Origin: a virus | Taxonomy: Duplodnaviria; Heunggongvirae; Uroviricota; Caudoviricetes | Virus record (IMG/VR): IMGVR_UViG_3300034045_000104 | Length of the DNA stretch: 64,000 nucleotides | Direction: 5' to 3' (one strand) | Shown here: positions 39,039-48,711 of the stretch, piece after piece | Layout: the number at the start of each line of letters is the position of its first letter | Numbering within the stretch: position 1 is the first letter of the stretch | Program-made: the position numbers and the translations under genes | Notes under the pieces: generated by a model | The model's input: the letters and a program-made list of their open reading frames with translations, nothing else | Told to the model about the DNA's origin: nothing | Database searches by the model: none

Positions 39039-41270
39039 TTAAAAATTCAAATCTAATGTGGTTTGCACATTATTTGTATTACTGTGATTGTTTTCGGTTG
39101 TTACACCATTTTCTAAACTCAAATCATTTATTTCTTGATGCACGAAACTAGAATTCAGTTCAGAAGCAACATCAATTCTAGCTTTTAAAACATCTAAAGA
39201 TGCAATCGTGTGACTTGTTCTATTTCGCAATGCTATATTTTCATTTTCATAACTCATCAAATTAATATCTGAAACATCAATACTACCCTGGGTCTCATAT
39301 CCTAAATCACCAATGTTGGACGCATTACTAGATTTAAATTCCATAAAATCAACATCAGTAACACCATCAAGACAATCCTTTACGTCACAAACATCTATTT
39401 TGACTCCAGATTTAACAACAACTCCAATAAAATCTTTAAGAGATGATAAATCAGCCAACAATACATCTGATACATCCTTAGCACTAACCACATCTCCATC
39501 GATTTTATTAGGTGCATTTTTACAAACAACAATAGCATCTTTAACATAAGCTATTGAATCTATTGTATCTGAACTCAAAAAAGACAATTCTTTAAGTTTT
39601 AATTTTGCATTCCCTGAAATTAGTTCAATTCGTTTCTCAGAGAGACCACCTGATAATTTGCCTTCATCTATGTTAAATTCATTCATGTAAGAATCAATAA
39701 CAGCAGAGTTAACACCAATATTAGAAAGCCGAGAAACGACATCAAGGAAACCAGGTTTTTCTCCCATTAATGGATCAGTAAAACTAATGGATATTTGCTC
39801 AATTGGCTCAAGTAAAGAAATTCTAGATGTTAAAAATGCTTTTTGTAAAACCTCCATCTCATCTTGCTCCCAATCAGTAGTAATCCCGCCCTCCACAAAA
39901 TCCATTTTCGTAGCCTCCCCATCATCCCCCATGGTATCGTTAAGTGAAGATGTATTTAGATTTGAATAAGCTGCGTCAAGTTTAATAACTTTATCAAAAG
40001 ACAGGTCGAGCGCATCAGCAATATCAGTATCACTTGGCTTTTTTTGAAACCGCGAATAATATTCTCTTTTATACTTCTTAATCTTAAGTATATCAATCCT
40101 GTCCTTTTCTGGCACTACAACAGTATTAAACATGTTATTAGATGCATTTCTTATAAATAATTCAGCGTAATGAGTAGCGTAAGCATTGAGTCTATTCCCA
40201 TTGGCAACCCTGTATCTTTCTATGCCTTGGGTATATCCAAGAACAGCAGCAGAAGATAATTCATTGCGAATATCGTTAGAAGGATGGGGAAAGTTTTTAA
40301 CGCGCTTATTTACAATGGTATAGATCCAATTAATATTTGCTTTTAGTAGTGTCTCAACATTCTTTTTATTAGCCCTATCAAAAGAGTTCAACTCCATAAT
40401 ATGTGATTGAATTTGAGAATAGGACATATTAAATTTGTTACCTAATGCTTGTTTAAGATTATAGACTTTTAAAGCCGCTTCACTTGTTGTTTTTGTTAAA
40501 ACGCTCCCAGAAACACGCTCTAAAGAGCTTTTAAATTCATCAAGTTTTTTATCAATCGGATTATCTTTTTGTTCAATATATGTTCTAAATTGTGGACCAG
40601 ATAAATTACAATCATCAACCAATAATGTTCTCAATTCCAGTCCGAAAACAGCCATGTCTCGTGCCACAAGGTCTGAATTAACTTTAAAAGCACTTAATGC
40701 ATCCTTAGAAAAAATTAGGCTTCTTGATTTTGCTCCTATTTGCTTAGATATTTTTTTCATACTGTCTAGATCACCTGTTAACCGGGATTTCATGTGTTTG
40801 TGATATAAACGATCTATTTCCATAAATGCCTTGGATAAAACACTTACATCAACATCATTACTTTCATACTTATCTACATTCTCTAAAGCCACATCACTTG
40901 GCTCGTCCGTTTCCCTTTTATTGCTTATAAATTTTAGCTCAGTATCTGGATAAGTGCCGCTTATTACATCGGCGTAGTTAATTTCTTTATTGTGAATTTG
41001 TACTATGCGCCTATGTAACAAATCAACATTACGTGGCACCGAAAAATATTCAGAAACTGTGTCTCTCTTAATATTGCGCATATCAATAAAAACATTGAAT
41101 TCAGCCTCCGCACTTAAATAGTTGGCATTAGTCTTTTTAACAGCTAATGGCACATATTCTTTATCATTGGTTTTGAAAAATTCATCGGCAAGTTCATCAG
41201 ACTCATCTTTAAACAAGTCATCACTCATTATTGCATCAAATTCCAAATCTACTTCAGCTTTATCATTCAT
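39039..41270 (-). CDS. RNA polymerase sigma-70 family factor (RpoD-like) with long acidic N- and C-terminal extensions
   Basis: Residues about 300-470 align colinearly with E. coli RpoD regions 2-3. ANINWIYTIVNKR matches ANLRLVISIAKKY. GNRLNAYATHYAELFIRNA matches GYKFSTYATWWIRQAITRS. VVVPEKDRIDILKIKKYKREYYSRFQKKPSDTDIADALDLSFDKVIKL...DTMGDDGEATKMDFVEG matches [48 protein letters not shown]...PIGDDEDSHLGDFIED. A weaker region-4-like stretch follows. Confidence 0.7.
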   Translation of the reverse strand: MNDKAEVDLEFDAIMSDDLFKDESDELADEFFKTNDKEYVPLAVKKTNANYLSAEAEFNVFIDMRNIKRDTVSEYFSVPRNVDLLHRRIVQIHNKEINYADVISGTYPDTELKFISNKRETDEPSDVALENVDKYESNDVDVSVLSKAFMEIDRLYHKHMKSRLTGDLDSMKKISKQIGAKSRSLIFSKDALSAFKVNSDLVARDMAVFGLELRTLLVDDCNLSGPQFRTYIEQKDNPIDKKLDEFKSSLERVSGSVLTKTTSEAALKVYNLKQALGNKFNMSYSQIQSHIMELNSFDRANKKNVETLLKANINWIYTIVNKRVKNFPHPSNDIRNELSSAAVLGYTQGIERYRVANGNRLNAYATHYAELFIRNASNNMFNTVVVPEKDRIDILKIKKYKREYYSRFQKKPSDTDIADALDLSFDKVIKLDAAYSNLNTSSLNDTMGDDGEATKMDFVEGGITTDWEQDEMEVLQKAFLTSRISLLEPIEQISISFTDPLMGEKPGFLDVVSRLSNIGVNSAVIDSYMNEFNIDEGKLSGGLSEKRIELISGNAKLKLKELSFLSSDTIDSIAYVKDAIVVCKNAPNKIDGDVVSAKDVSDVLLADLSSLKDFIGVVVKSGVKIDVCDVKDCLDGVTDVDFMEFKSSNASNIGDLGYETQGSIDVSDINLMSYENENIALRNRTSHTIASLDVLKARIDVASELNSSFVHQEINDLSLENGVTTENNHSNTNNVQTTLDLNF

Positions 41271-41272
41271 AA

Positions 41273-42706
41273 CTACATTCCTGGACCCGTAGGTTTATCA
41301 TCGGGTGATTCATCATCAGACTCGTCATCTGATGGCCCTTTAACAGAATTATCATTTGTGTCCTTTTCATAGGCTTCAATTAATTCTTCTGACAATACAT
41401 TTATATCTTGTTCTTTCTCAACTACACCAGCAGAAATATTAAACACTTGTGATAAATTGATCCCCGTTAAATCTACAACATCTCCATCAACGGGTTCAAC
41501 ATCATCTGCATTAGGTGTTATTTCGTCATGGGTTTCAGCATTCAAACTATGCCCACCCCCATCCATTATTAAGGCGTTATCTAACTCTGCAACATTATAT
41601 AAATCAGCATTAATATTATTTGAAGTATCTTTATACTGCTCATTTATAGATTTAACCTCATCTGCTAAATTAGGACTATCTAAATCCAATACAGGGCCAT
41701 TCCTTTTGTCCGTTTCATATGCATTAATTAATTCAGCGGCATTTATAACCCCTGTATTATCAACTCTCGCCTCATCTTCATGTTCAGATTCTATGTAAGC
41801 GGGTGCAGAAATGAGGATTTTATGTAAATTGTTTTCACTCAAATCAAGTTTATTATATAGAGCATCCCACTCTATGCGTTTTTTATCCATTTCAAAACGC
41901 ATCATGGGTTCATCACTGGCCTGAACATCTGTATTTAATTTATCGAAATCATCTCTAGACAAATCATTAACATTAAAAGCGAAAAACACCAAATCATGGG
42001 GATGGGCCTTATCATTGTTTATTAATGCATCGGTTAATATACTTATATTTGCATGAGGCATATTAGCCAGATCTGTGTATTTCATAATTGAATAATTATT
42101 AAATGGTATTTTTACCACATCACTTATCAACTCATTAACATCAACACCTGTTACACTAGCAAATCCTACAAGCTGATTTGATAAAACTGGGTTTTTATGA
42201 TTAGAAACATCATAACCGCTAATTAATGATTTCTGTATAGAACCTAAATCTACACCATTTTTTGTTTTAGCAAATTCCAAAACCTTATCTGGAGCGTTTT
42301 CTAACAAAATCTTGTGCTGCTCACAAATTAGAGATAAAACGCTTGTTGCACCTTTTGCGTGTTCCAAAAATTTGACATATTTAGGTAGGCCAGCATCATC
42401 ACCATACTTAACATTAAGTTCGTTTGCTTGATGCAATCTTAAGTCTTCATCAGTTGTGTGAGCTATATCCATAAGGTTTTTTTGAGAATCGGCCATTTTA
42501 AACAAAACAGCTTTGTTCACCATGAAGTCATTATTAGGATTGTTGACTATGAAGTAAAAATTATCTTCAAATGTTCCAATTTCGGCAATTCTATCTCTTA
42601 TGCCAGGATAATCAAAACCTTCGACATTAGCACTAAAAACAAGCAAATCATGACCAGAGCCAGTTTTAAGTAAATTTAATTCTTCTTGATATTCTTGTTC
42701 GTTCAT
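41273..42706 (-). CDS. acidic hypothetical protein, paralog A (N-term KTGSGHDLLVFS, C-term ...KPTGPGM)
   Basis: 477-aa, Asp/Asn-rich. Shares N- and C-terminal motifs with 42711-43940. A 2-bp gap to the sigma gene suggests an operon. Confidence 0.5.
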   Translation of the reverse strand: MNEQEYQEELNLLKTGSGHDLLVFSANVEGFDYPGIRDRIAEIGTFEDNFYFIVNNPNNDFMVNKAVLFKMADSQKNLMDIAHTTDEDLRLHQANELNVKYGDDAGLPKYVKFLEHAKGATSVLSLICEQHKILLENAPDKVLEFAKTKNGVDLGSIQKSLISGYDVSNHKNPVLSNQLVGFASVTGVDVNELISDVVKIPFNNYSIMKYTDLANMPHANISILTDALINNDKAHPHDLVFFAFNVNDLSRDDFDKLNTDVQASDEPMMRFEMDKKRIEWDALYNKLDLSENNLHKILISAPAYIESEHEDEARVDNTGVINAAELINAYETDKRNGPVLDLDSPNLADEVKSINEQYKDTSNNINADLYNVAELDNALIMDGGGHSLNAETHDEITPNADDVEPVDGDVVDLTGINLSQVFNISAGVVEKEQDINVLSEELIEAYEKDTNDNSVKGPSDDESDDESPDDKPTGPGM

Positions 42707-42710
42707 AATA

Positions 42711-43940
42711 TTAACTTACACCAGGTCCAGTATTAGTCGGTTTATCGCCTTGTTTAAGTTCTGCCTGTTTAGCTTCTTCATTCTCAACATCTTTATTTAG
42801 GGATTCTTGCAATTCTTCATGAACATAAGGGGAATCCATTTTCATTTGGCGCTCAATAGAACTTATAACTTCCAATTTGGGTTGGGAATTACTCATTGCT
42901 TGCATATCCTTATCCAAAGCCCCCATTAATTCATCGGCGTCATAAGGAGTGTCTGGATTTTGTAGAGCATCTTCCAAATAAACGAGATTGCTGGTAAATG
43001 GAAATTTACCATCAGTTGCCTCAGCAACATAATTTAATGTCTCAACCAAAGTTTTATCACCACCGTCATAATGTTGCATTAAGCTACTATAAAGCTTAAT
43101 ATTATTCATCTCACCAAAAATATCTTGCTCTATGGCATAAGCAATAGTAAATGACATAGAATGTGCATCATAACTAGCTTTTCCACCTGACAAAACATAC
43201 TGATTATTAAAAGAATCTATCAAATGATTTAAACCAAGATTTTGAATGCTTAAATCGGGTTTTAATTCTTCAATTAAAGATAGTAAATTATTATTAAAAA
43301 AAGGAAGGTATACGTGACTATTAACGTTATCTACCTTTTCATCTGAATTCTTAACTGCGTTTAAAATATCAACAGCAGAAGCTAGAACAGGTTCAAACCC
43401 TAAAGTTGGATCTATATTCTGTAAATCCTCAATTGCAACATGAGCATTATCAAAATCATAATTAATGCCTGATATGTTAATATTTAAATCATCTAGAGGT
43501 TGAAAAAAACGTGATGCATAATTAACCAAGGTTTTATGGGCTTTATGTAAATCCACACCAGGAACAAAACGTATAAATTCACGCATCAACAATGCAGCAC
43601 CTGGTCTATTTTCAAGATGCTTCTCAAAATGCCCAGAAACCAAATCAAGCACATTATTTGGATTAACATTTAGGTTAGATACCAAGTTATTAAAAAAAGA
43701 GGCGCTAGAATAAAAAGCTGCTCTATCTTCACGGTCTTGTCCATCATGATAAAATTCCAACAATTCAACACATTGCTTATTTATTTGGGGAAGTACATCA
43801 TCACCAGATTTGTTTATTCTTTCAATTAATTTACCGACCATGGCTTGACCACCATGCTCACGTATAAAAACCATGCAATCAGGTCCTGATCCACTTGCTA
43901 TAAGCTTGTTTTGCCTTTTAAAAAATTCAGGATTTGCCAT
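42711..43940 (-). CDS. acidic hypothetical protein, paralog B (N-term ASGSGPDCMVFI, C-term ...KPTNTGPGVS)
   Basis: 409-aa ORF, tandem to paralog A with a 4-bp gap. Confidence 0.5.
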   Translation of the reverse strand: MANPEFFKRQNKLIASGSGPDCMVFIREHGGQAMVGKLIERINKSGDDVLPQINKQCVELLEFYHDGQDREDRAAFYSSASFFNNLVSNLNVNPNNVLDLVSGHFEKHLENRPGAALLMREFIRFVPGVDLHKAHKTLVNYASRFFQPLDDLNINISGINYDFDNAHVAIEDLQNIDPTLGFEPVLASAVDILNAVKNSDEKVDNVNSHVYLPFFNNNLLSLIEELKPDLSIQNLGLNHLIDSFNNQYVLSGGKASYDAHSMSFTIAYAIEQDIFGEMNNIKLYSSLMQHYDGGDKTLVETLNYVAEATDGKFPFTSNLVYLEDALQNPDTPYDADELMGALDKDMQAMSNSQPKLEVISSIERQMKMDSPYVHEELQESLNKDVENEEAKQAELKQGDKPTNTGPGVS

Positions 43941-43942
43941 AA

Positions 43943-45433
43943 TTAACTCATGCTCGGTGCTGATGTTGGAACCGCTGGAATAACTTGAGGAACCTCAGAG
44001 AACTCAGCTTTCATTTCAGCTTGAATTTCTGGAACCTCTTCTTTGATAAATTTTACAGCCTCTACAAGCCCAATCTGGATTTTTTTATGGAACGATTCCG
44101 TTTCCTCACCGGGCAAACTTTGTATTGCTGCAAGTGGTGTATTCTCATCATGTTGCGCTAATTTCTTTGCAAACATGGATAGGGTAGGGATGCCTTTATT
44201 CTTACCTTTTAAACCACCCATCAATGCAAGTTTGTCAATAGCACCTTCTGAATTTTTGGTGGTTGCTCTTGCATACCAAACCATCGCCTTTGAAACAACA
44301 GTTCCTTTATTAATTAAATTAGAAAGATGCTCATTATTGTTTTCCAAACAACCCAAAACCTTAGAACATTTCCCAGCTATCGACCACAAAGCAGCAGCAC
44401 TTGATTCTGCATCCCCAATATAAGACATTATGTTTTGAGCACTGGTATCCAATTCCACATTTTCAAAACCAAGTGCTGATGTAAGCATAACAGCTCCACT
44501 TTCAGCAATTATATCTTCAAAATTATTATCATCATTATCCATGGCACTATGCAACCTGTTATCTCGCTTGAAACCACCTGTTGCTTTTATGAATTCTCTT
44601 GCTTGTATTGAAGTGTATTCCAAGATTGCCTGCTTATCTTTATCTTCAATATTAGATGAATCTATTCCAAATTCAATAGGATCACGAATAAGCAATTTAT
44701 CATTTACAGCATCATATTTACCAAGATGAGCTGATTGTTTAAGTAAGTCAACATCAACACCATTGTCAGCAATTAATTCCACTAATGCTTTATGGCTTTC
44801 ATTTAAAGGCACTTCGTTAATAGAAGGAATAATCATCATGTCAGCGGGCAATCCTGCAAATTCAGCGGCATTGAAAACCGTATACTCTCTAAATTTACCA
44901 GGGACTATTTGACTTACAGTATCTCTATCTGGGTTATAAGACATGCCATTAATGCTTTCAGGCTCTCCCTTAACCCTTGCATTTCTTAAATCTTCTTCAG
45001 TAACATCTTCAAAACCTTTAACCTTTAATCTGAATTTCTGAATTATAGAAAGTTTTTCCATTTCAACATTGAAAGATAAAGGGAAAAAAGAAGGGCAGCC
45101 CATGTTATCACCTGGCTCAATCGGTACACCATTTTTATTGGAGTAGTAACCACCAGCAGCTTTTGCTTGAGAAAGAGTTAAGAATACATTTGAAACTTTA
45201 TTACCATGACCTTTGACCGTAGACAGCCATTTAGAATATATCTTCATAAACATGCTATTTCTAGATGAAAAGTGCGCCTTGTTATCACGAAGATAACCAC
45301 CAATTATATTGCCAGCAAAAGAATGTGTAAGAGGATGAGAGCCAGTTGCGGTGATCTCATTCATTTTTAATACGATACCATCAAGCGCCTCATCAATTCC
45401 TGCGCCTAAATTAGCGTTTTTGTGTGTTGTCAT
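43943..45433 (-). CDS. hypothetical protein (about 496 aa from internal Met)
   Basis: The ORF track starts at 45565, but the first 44 codons translate the A/T-rich terminator region. A plausible start is MTTHKNANLG at 45433, preceded by agaagagaaaaaata. Confidence 0.45.
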   Translation of the reverse strand: MTTHKNANLGAGIDEALDGIVLKMNEITATGSHPLTHSFAGNIIGGYLRDNKAHFSSRNSMFMKIYSKWLSTVKGHGNKVSNVFLTLSQAKAAGGYYSNKNGVPIEPGDNMGCPSFFPLSFNVEMEKLSIIQKFRLKVKGFEDVTEEDLRNARVKGEPESINGMSYNPDRDTVSQIVPGKFREYTVFNAAEFAGLPADMMIIPSINEVPLNESHKALVELIADNGVDVDLLKQSAHLGKYDAVNDKLLIRDPIEFGIDSSNIEDKDKQAILEYTSIQAREFIKATGGFKRDNRLHSAMDNDDNNFEDIIAESGAVMLTSALGFENVELDTSAQNIMSYIGDAESSAAALWSIAGKCSKVLGCLENNNEHLSNLINKGTVVSKAMVWYARATTKNSEGAIDKLALMGGLKGKNKGIPTLSMFAKKLAQHDENTPLAAIQSLPGEETESFHKKIQIGLVEAVKFIKEEVPEIQAEMKAEFSEVPQVIPAVPTSAPSMS

Positions 45434-45502
45434 TATTTTTTCTCTTCTACAGTAAGCCTTATGCTTTGAGTCGAGTTTAATACAAAAGTATAAAAAACAA
45501 AA

Positions 45503-45556
45503 GAAAAAAAAGGGTTGAAAATTAAAAGTTATTAAAAATAACCAAATTTCAACCCC
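45503..45556 (-). terminator. rho-independent terminator separating the gene at 45575 from the sigma operon
   Basis: aaaaaaaa, aGGGTTGAAA...(20-nt loop)...TTTCAACCCt. The minus transcript reads hairpin followed by T8. Confidence 0.5.
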
Positions 45557-45574
45557 TGATGCCAAATAAAAATA

Positions 45575-45796
45575 CTAATGTAAAGTTTTTGGTATGTCTA
45601 AATCAACATTAACTTCACCAAATTTGTTTTTGAAAAACATATGAGTACCATCACTTAGCATAATCAGTTTTATTAATGCAGCAGAGACTGCTGTTACCGC
45701 CTCCTCTTTTGACATACCAATTACAGCACTATTAATTGCCTCATAAATATTAGATCCACCCATCGAACCTCCTTTTATATTATTATCAACAATCAT
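45575..45796 (-). CDS. hypothetical small protein
   Basis: The track ORF 45575-45928 overlaps the upstream gene by 125 bp. An internal Met (MIVDNNIKGGSMGG...) at 45796 gives a 73-aa product that abuts the upstream stop. Confidence 0.3.
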   Translation of the reverse strand: MIVDNNIKGGSMGGSNIYEAINSAVIGMSKEEAVTAVSAALIKLIMLSDGTHMFFKNKFGEVNVDLDIPKTLH

Positions 45797-45803
45797 AGTT
45801 CGG

Positions 45804-46772
45804 CTATTTTTCCGAAGCCTTAATGTCGGCGCGTGAAATATTATTTTTATCATTAACAAACGCACAAGGCATGTACTCAGCATTAATATGTGATGGACCA
45901 CAAACCTGCATAGACCAAAAAGACTCATTACTTTTATTGGTCACATACTCTAACAAATAAACAGACTCGCGATAAAACTCAACACCGTTATGAGTGTACA
46001 AATCACTTGTTTTAGCGGTCTTTGCTATTCTTTTATGTGGAATAAAAGTATCAAGAGTAGGGGCAACAACTACTTTAATAGAATCATTTGCCCACATATC
46101 TTTTTCTTGCATATGATTAATAATGCCAACAAATACCTCACTATTTACAATGTTTTTAATGGCTTCGCCAATATTGTCATTCAAAGTGGATGAATAAAAA
46201 CCGATATTATATCCAACACAATTTTTGTCATTCTGAATTACCTGGACCAAAACACCGTATGAACCAAGCAAACCTTTTTTCTTGGCATCATCAGCAATTC
46301 CAGCAATGTTGTCTAACAAAGAATCTTTTGTGACACATACCATTTGGTTTTCTGATTTAACCAAAGTGATTCTTTGTGATTTCTTACCCTTGTTATCAAC
46401 TGGTGCATGAACTATGGCTGGAGACTTTCCCACTACACATTTTTTAATATCTCTACAAGCAATATTGCCCCATCTGTATTCGTATAAACCACTAACCATC
46501 GATGCCCCTTGAATATAATAGACATTGCCTATATCCAATCTTGCCATATGACTAGAATCACGTATATCAGCAAAAGTTGCTCTAGATGCTGACATACCAA
46601 ATGTACTCAGCTTAAATCCAAGTTGCTCACCAACCGGAGCCCTACCTTCAATGCGCCTGCCCAAAATTAATTGATTAGCATCATCAAACCCATCAACCAA
46701 TATAAAAATATTTTCACCAAAAACGCCAGAAGAACTTTTAAGCCCTCTTAACCCACTTAATAAATCACTCAT
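45804..46772 (-). CDS. hypothetical protein
   Basis: 322-aa ORF. Confidence 0.45.
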   Translation of the reverse strand: MSDLLSGLRGLKSSSGVFGENIFILVDGFDDANQLILGRRIEGRAPVGEQLGFKLSTFGMSASRATFADIRDSSHMARLDIGNVYYIQGASMVSGLYEYRWGNIACRDIKKCVVGKSPAIVHAPVDNKGKKSQRITLVKSENQMVCVTKDSLLDNIAGIADDAKKKGLLGSYGVLVQVIQNDKNCVGYNIGFYSSTLNDNIGEAIKNIVNSEVFVGIINHMQEKDMWANDSIKVVVAPTLDTFIPHKRIAKTAKTSDLYTHNGVEFYRESVYLLEYVTNKSNESFWSMQVCGPSHINAEYMPCAFVNDKNNISRADIKASEK

Positions 46773-46921
46773 TTCTTACTCCAAATATAAAATTACAAAT
46801 CATTATATTCCTGCGAGATAACAAAAAAAATGACGTGAATTGACACTTGAAATGGCGATAAATCTCACTCTTGTTGACAGAAATCTCAATCTTGTTGGCA
46901 ATTCACGGGATGAAAAATGTG

Positions 46922-48106
46922 TTAATCCCATTTTAGTGCCGTTTTGGAATAGTCGATTACGGTCGTCTCAAAAAAATTTTTCTCCTTACGAAGATTGGCC
47001 TGTTCATCAAGCCACGGTAAAGCACACTGCGCCCCAGGGAAAGGTTCAGAAAATCCCAAGCTTCTTGCTCTTCTATTGGCTATATATCTAGATTGTTCAA
47101 TATGCTCTAAAGCTGAATAGCCTAAAATCGGTTTTTTTAAAATAAAATGGGCATAAGCAGACTCAGCAGCATCTGATTCTTCCCACATGTTTTTAAGTGC
47201 TTTAGGCTCAAGTTTGATGTCATTTTCAATGAATATTTGTTTAATAACACGTATACCAAAAGATGCATGCATGACTTCATCACGCATAATATATTGAAAT
47301 TGCTGGCCTGTGGCTGCCATCATTCCCCTTCTTTGAAGAGAAAATATAGGAGAGAATCCGTTATAGAACCAGGTTCCTTCGAAGATAGCAGCAAAAAATA
47401 TATAGGCCATAATAAATTCATGAAGATCATCTTTATTAGTTAGATCCATATTAGATTTCAATACAGAATCAAGTCTACGATTAGCAATTTGAATTTTTCC
47501 ATTTATAGCTGGCACAACTCGATAACGGTTGTAAATCTCTCCCTGGTCTAGTCCGATGGTTTCGATACAATGTTGATAGGTCCATGTATGTAACGCTTCT
47601 TCATAGACTTGACGTGCTTGATAAATTTGAAGTTCTGGAGCAGTCATTTTTTCCATAACAGCCAAACCAATATTGCGCATAGCTAAAATATCAGACGTGG
47701 TAAGATATGACAGAACATTTTCATAAACATGTCGCTCATCATCATTAAGCTTATGGTAAAAATCAGAAACATCTCCAGACATTTGAATATCTAAAGGGGT
47801 CCAGTGATTTGAATTACTATTGAGAAAATACTTCCATGCCCAAGGATATTTAAATGGGGCTAATTGGTTAATATCAGATGTTCCCCCAACAACTCTTTTG
47901 TCATCAGGATTAATGGGTACTACTCCTCCTTCAACAGAACTCCTTTTATTTGCATCCTTAAATTTATCAGGAATTTCTGTAATAACATCAACATTCTTTT
48001 CAGGTGCGTCTTTTATATTTTGTTTTGGAGGTTCAATATTGTTTTCAGTCTGAGGCTTATTTAATCCTTTTCCTAAAGGATCTGCCCATGTTTTAGTTAG
48101 GTTCAT
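46922..48106 (-). CDS. nrdB: ribonucleotide reductase small subunit (ferritin-like di-iron R2)
   Basis: ...PFKYPWAWKYF..., iron-ligand helices (EALHTWTY ... FEGTWFYNGFSPIF ... RDEVMHASFG) and a C-terminal tail typical of NrdB/R2. Confidence 0.85.
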   Translation of the reverse strand: MNLTKTWADPLGKGLNKPQTENNIEPPKQNIKDAPEKNVDVITEIPDKFKDANKRSSVEGGVVPINPDDKRVVGGTSDINQLAPFKYPWAWKYFLNSNSNHWTPLDIQMSGDVSDFYHKLNDDERHVYENVLSYLTTSDILAMRNIGLAVMEKMTAPELQIYQARQVYEEALHTWTYQHCIETIGLDQGEIYNRYRVVPAINGKIQIANRRLDSVLKSNMDLTNKDDLHEFIMAYIFFAAIFEGTWFYNGFSPIFSLQRRGMMAATGQQFQYIMRDEVMHASFGIRVIKQIFIENDIKLEPKALKNMWEESDAAESAYAHFILKKPILGYSALEHIEQSRYIANRRARSLGFSEPFPGAQCALPWLDEQANLRKEKNFFETTVIDYSKTALKWD

Positions 48107-48306
48107 TTTATCTCTCTCTAATTGAGATAATAATAAACTCTCAATTATTAATTGCTATATATTAATACAGTGAAGCAATGACGTGCATTCTTCTTGAAAT
48201 GAAAGATAACACAATAAAGCCAATAATGCATTAAAAACATAAAATGAAAAAATAGTTTAATTTAAAAATAGAATAATAAAATTAATGAAGATGGAAAAGT
48301 AGGGGT

Positions 48307-48609
48307 CTAACTAATATAAAAACCATTATTAGAATTTTCTTTAAACACAAGTATAATAATTACATTATTTCTTAGCCTTAACTCCAACTCATGAATTTTA
48401 AGAAATTTATTTACATTGTATGAAATAATTTCAGCATCAATTAAATTATGAGATTTGCTGTCATGCAAAAAAGGAGTCCCATCTTTATATGAAATTGTAG
48501 CATCAAGAATAATTGAGTAATTATCCTCTAAAAGCAATTGTGTTACATTCCCACCAATTGTTTCAATAGAAACAATGGAATCACCTATCAAAGAAAAACC
48601 ATCAGACAT
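48307..48609 (-). CDS. hypothetical protein
   Basis: 100-aa ORF, AT-rich, isolated between non-coding tracts. Confidence 0.25.
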   Translation of the reverse strand: MSDGFSLIGDSIVSIETIGGNVTQLLLEDNYSIILDATISYKDGTPFLHDSKSHNLIDAEIISYNVNKFLKIHELELRLRNNVIIILVFKENSNNGFYIS

Positions 48610-48711
48610 AAAATAAATATTTAATATAAAAATGTATTATAAATCAAATAATGAAACAACTATATAAAATACCAATATAGGTTAATAATAACATAAGAAA
48701 CTACCAAGATG

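Noticed and set aside
43943-45433. ArdC-like antirestriction or zincin annotation for the 496-aa protein
   Set aside because: No HExxH or ArdC N-terminal ssDNA-binding signature could be found, so only hypothetical is supportable.
43943-45565. Annotated start at 45565 for the 540-aa ORF
   Set aside because: The first 44 codons (MASGVEIWLFLITFNFQPFFFFCFLYF...) translate the A/T-rich terminator hairpin region. The internal Met at 45433 with an A-rich RBS context is more plausible.
45575-45928. Full-length 117-aa ORF overlapping the 322-aa gene by 125 bp
   Set aside because: Such a long out-of-frame overlap is unlikely. An internal Met at 45796 gives a non-overlapping 73-aa product.
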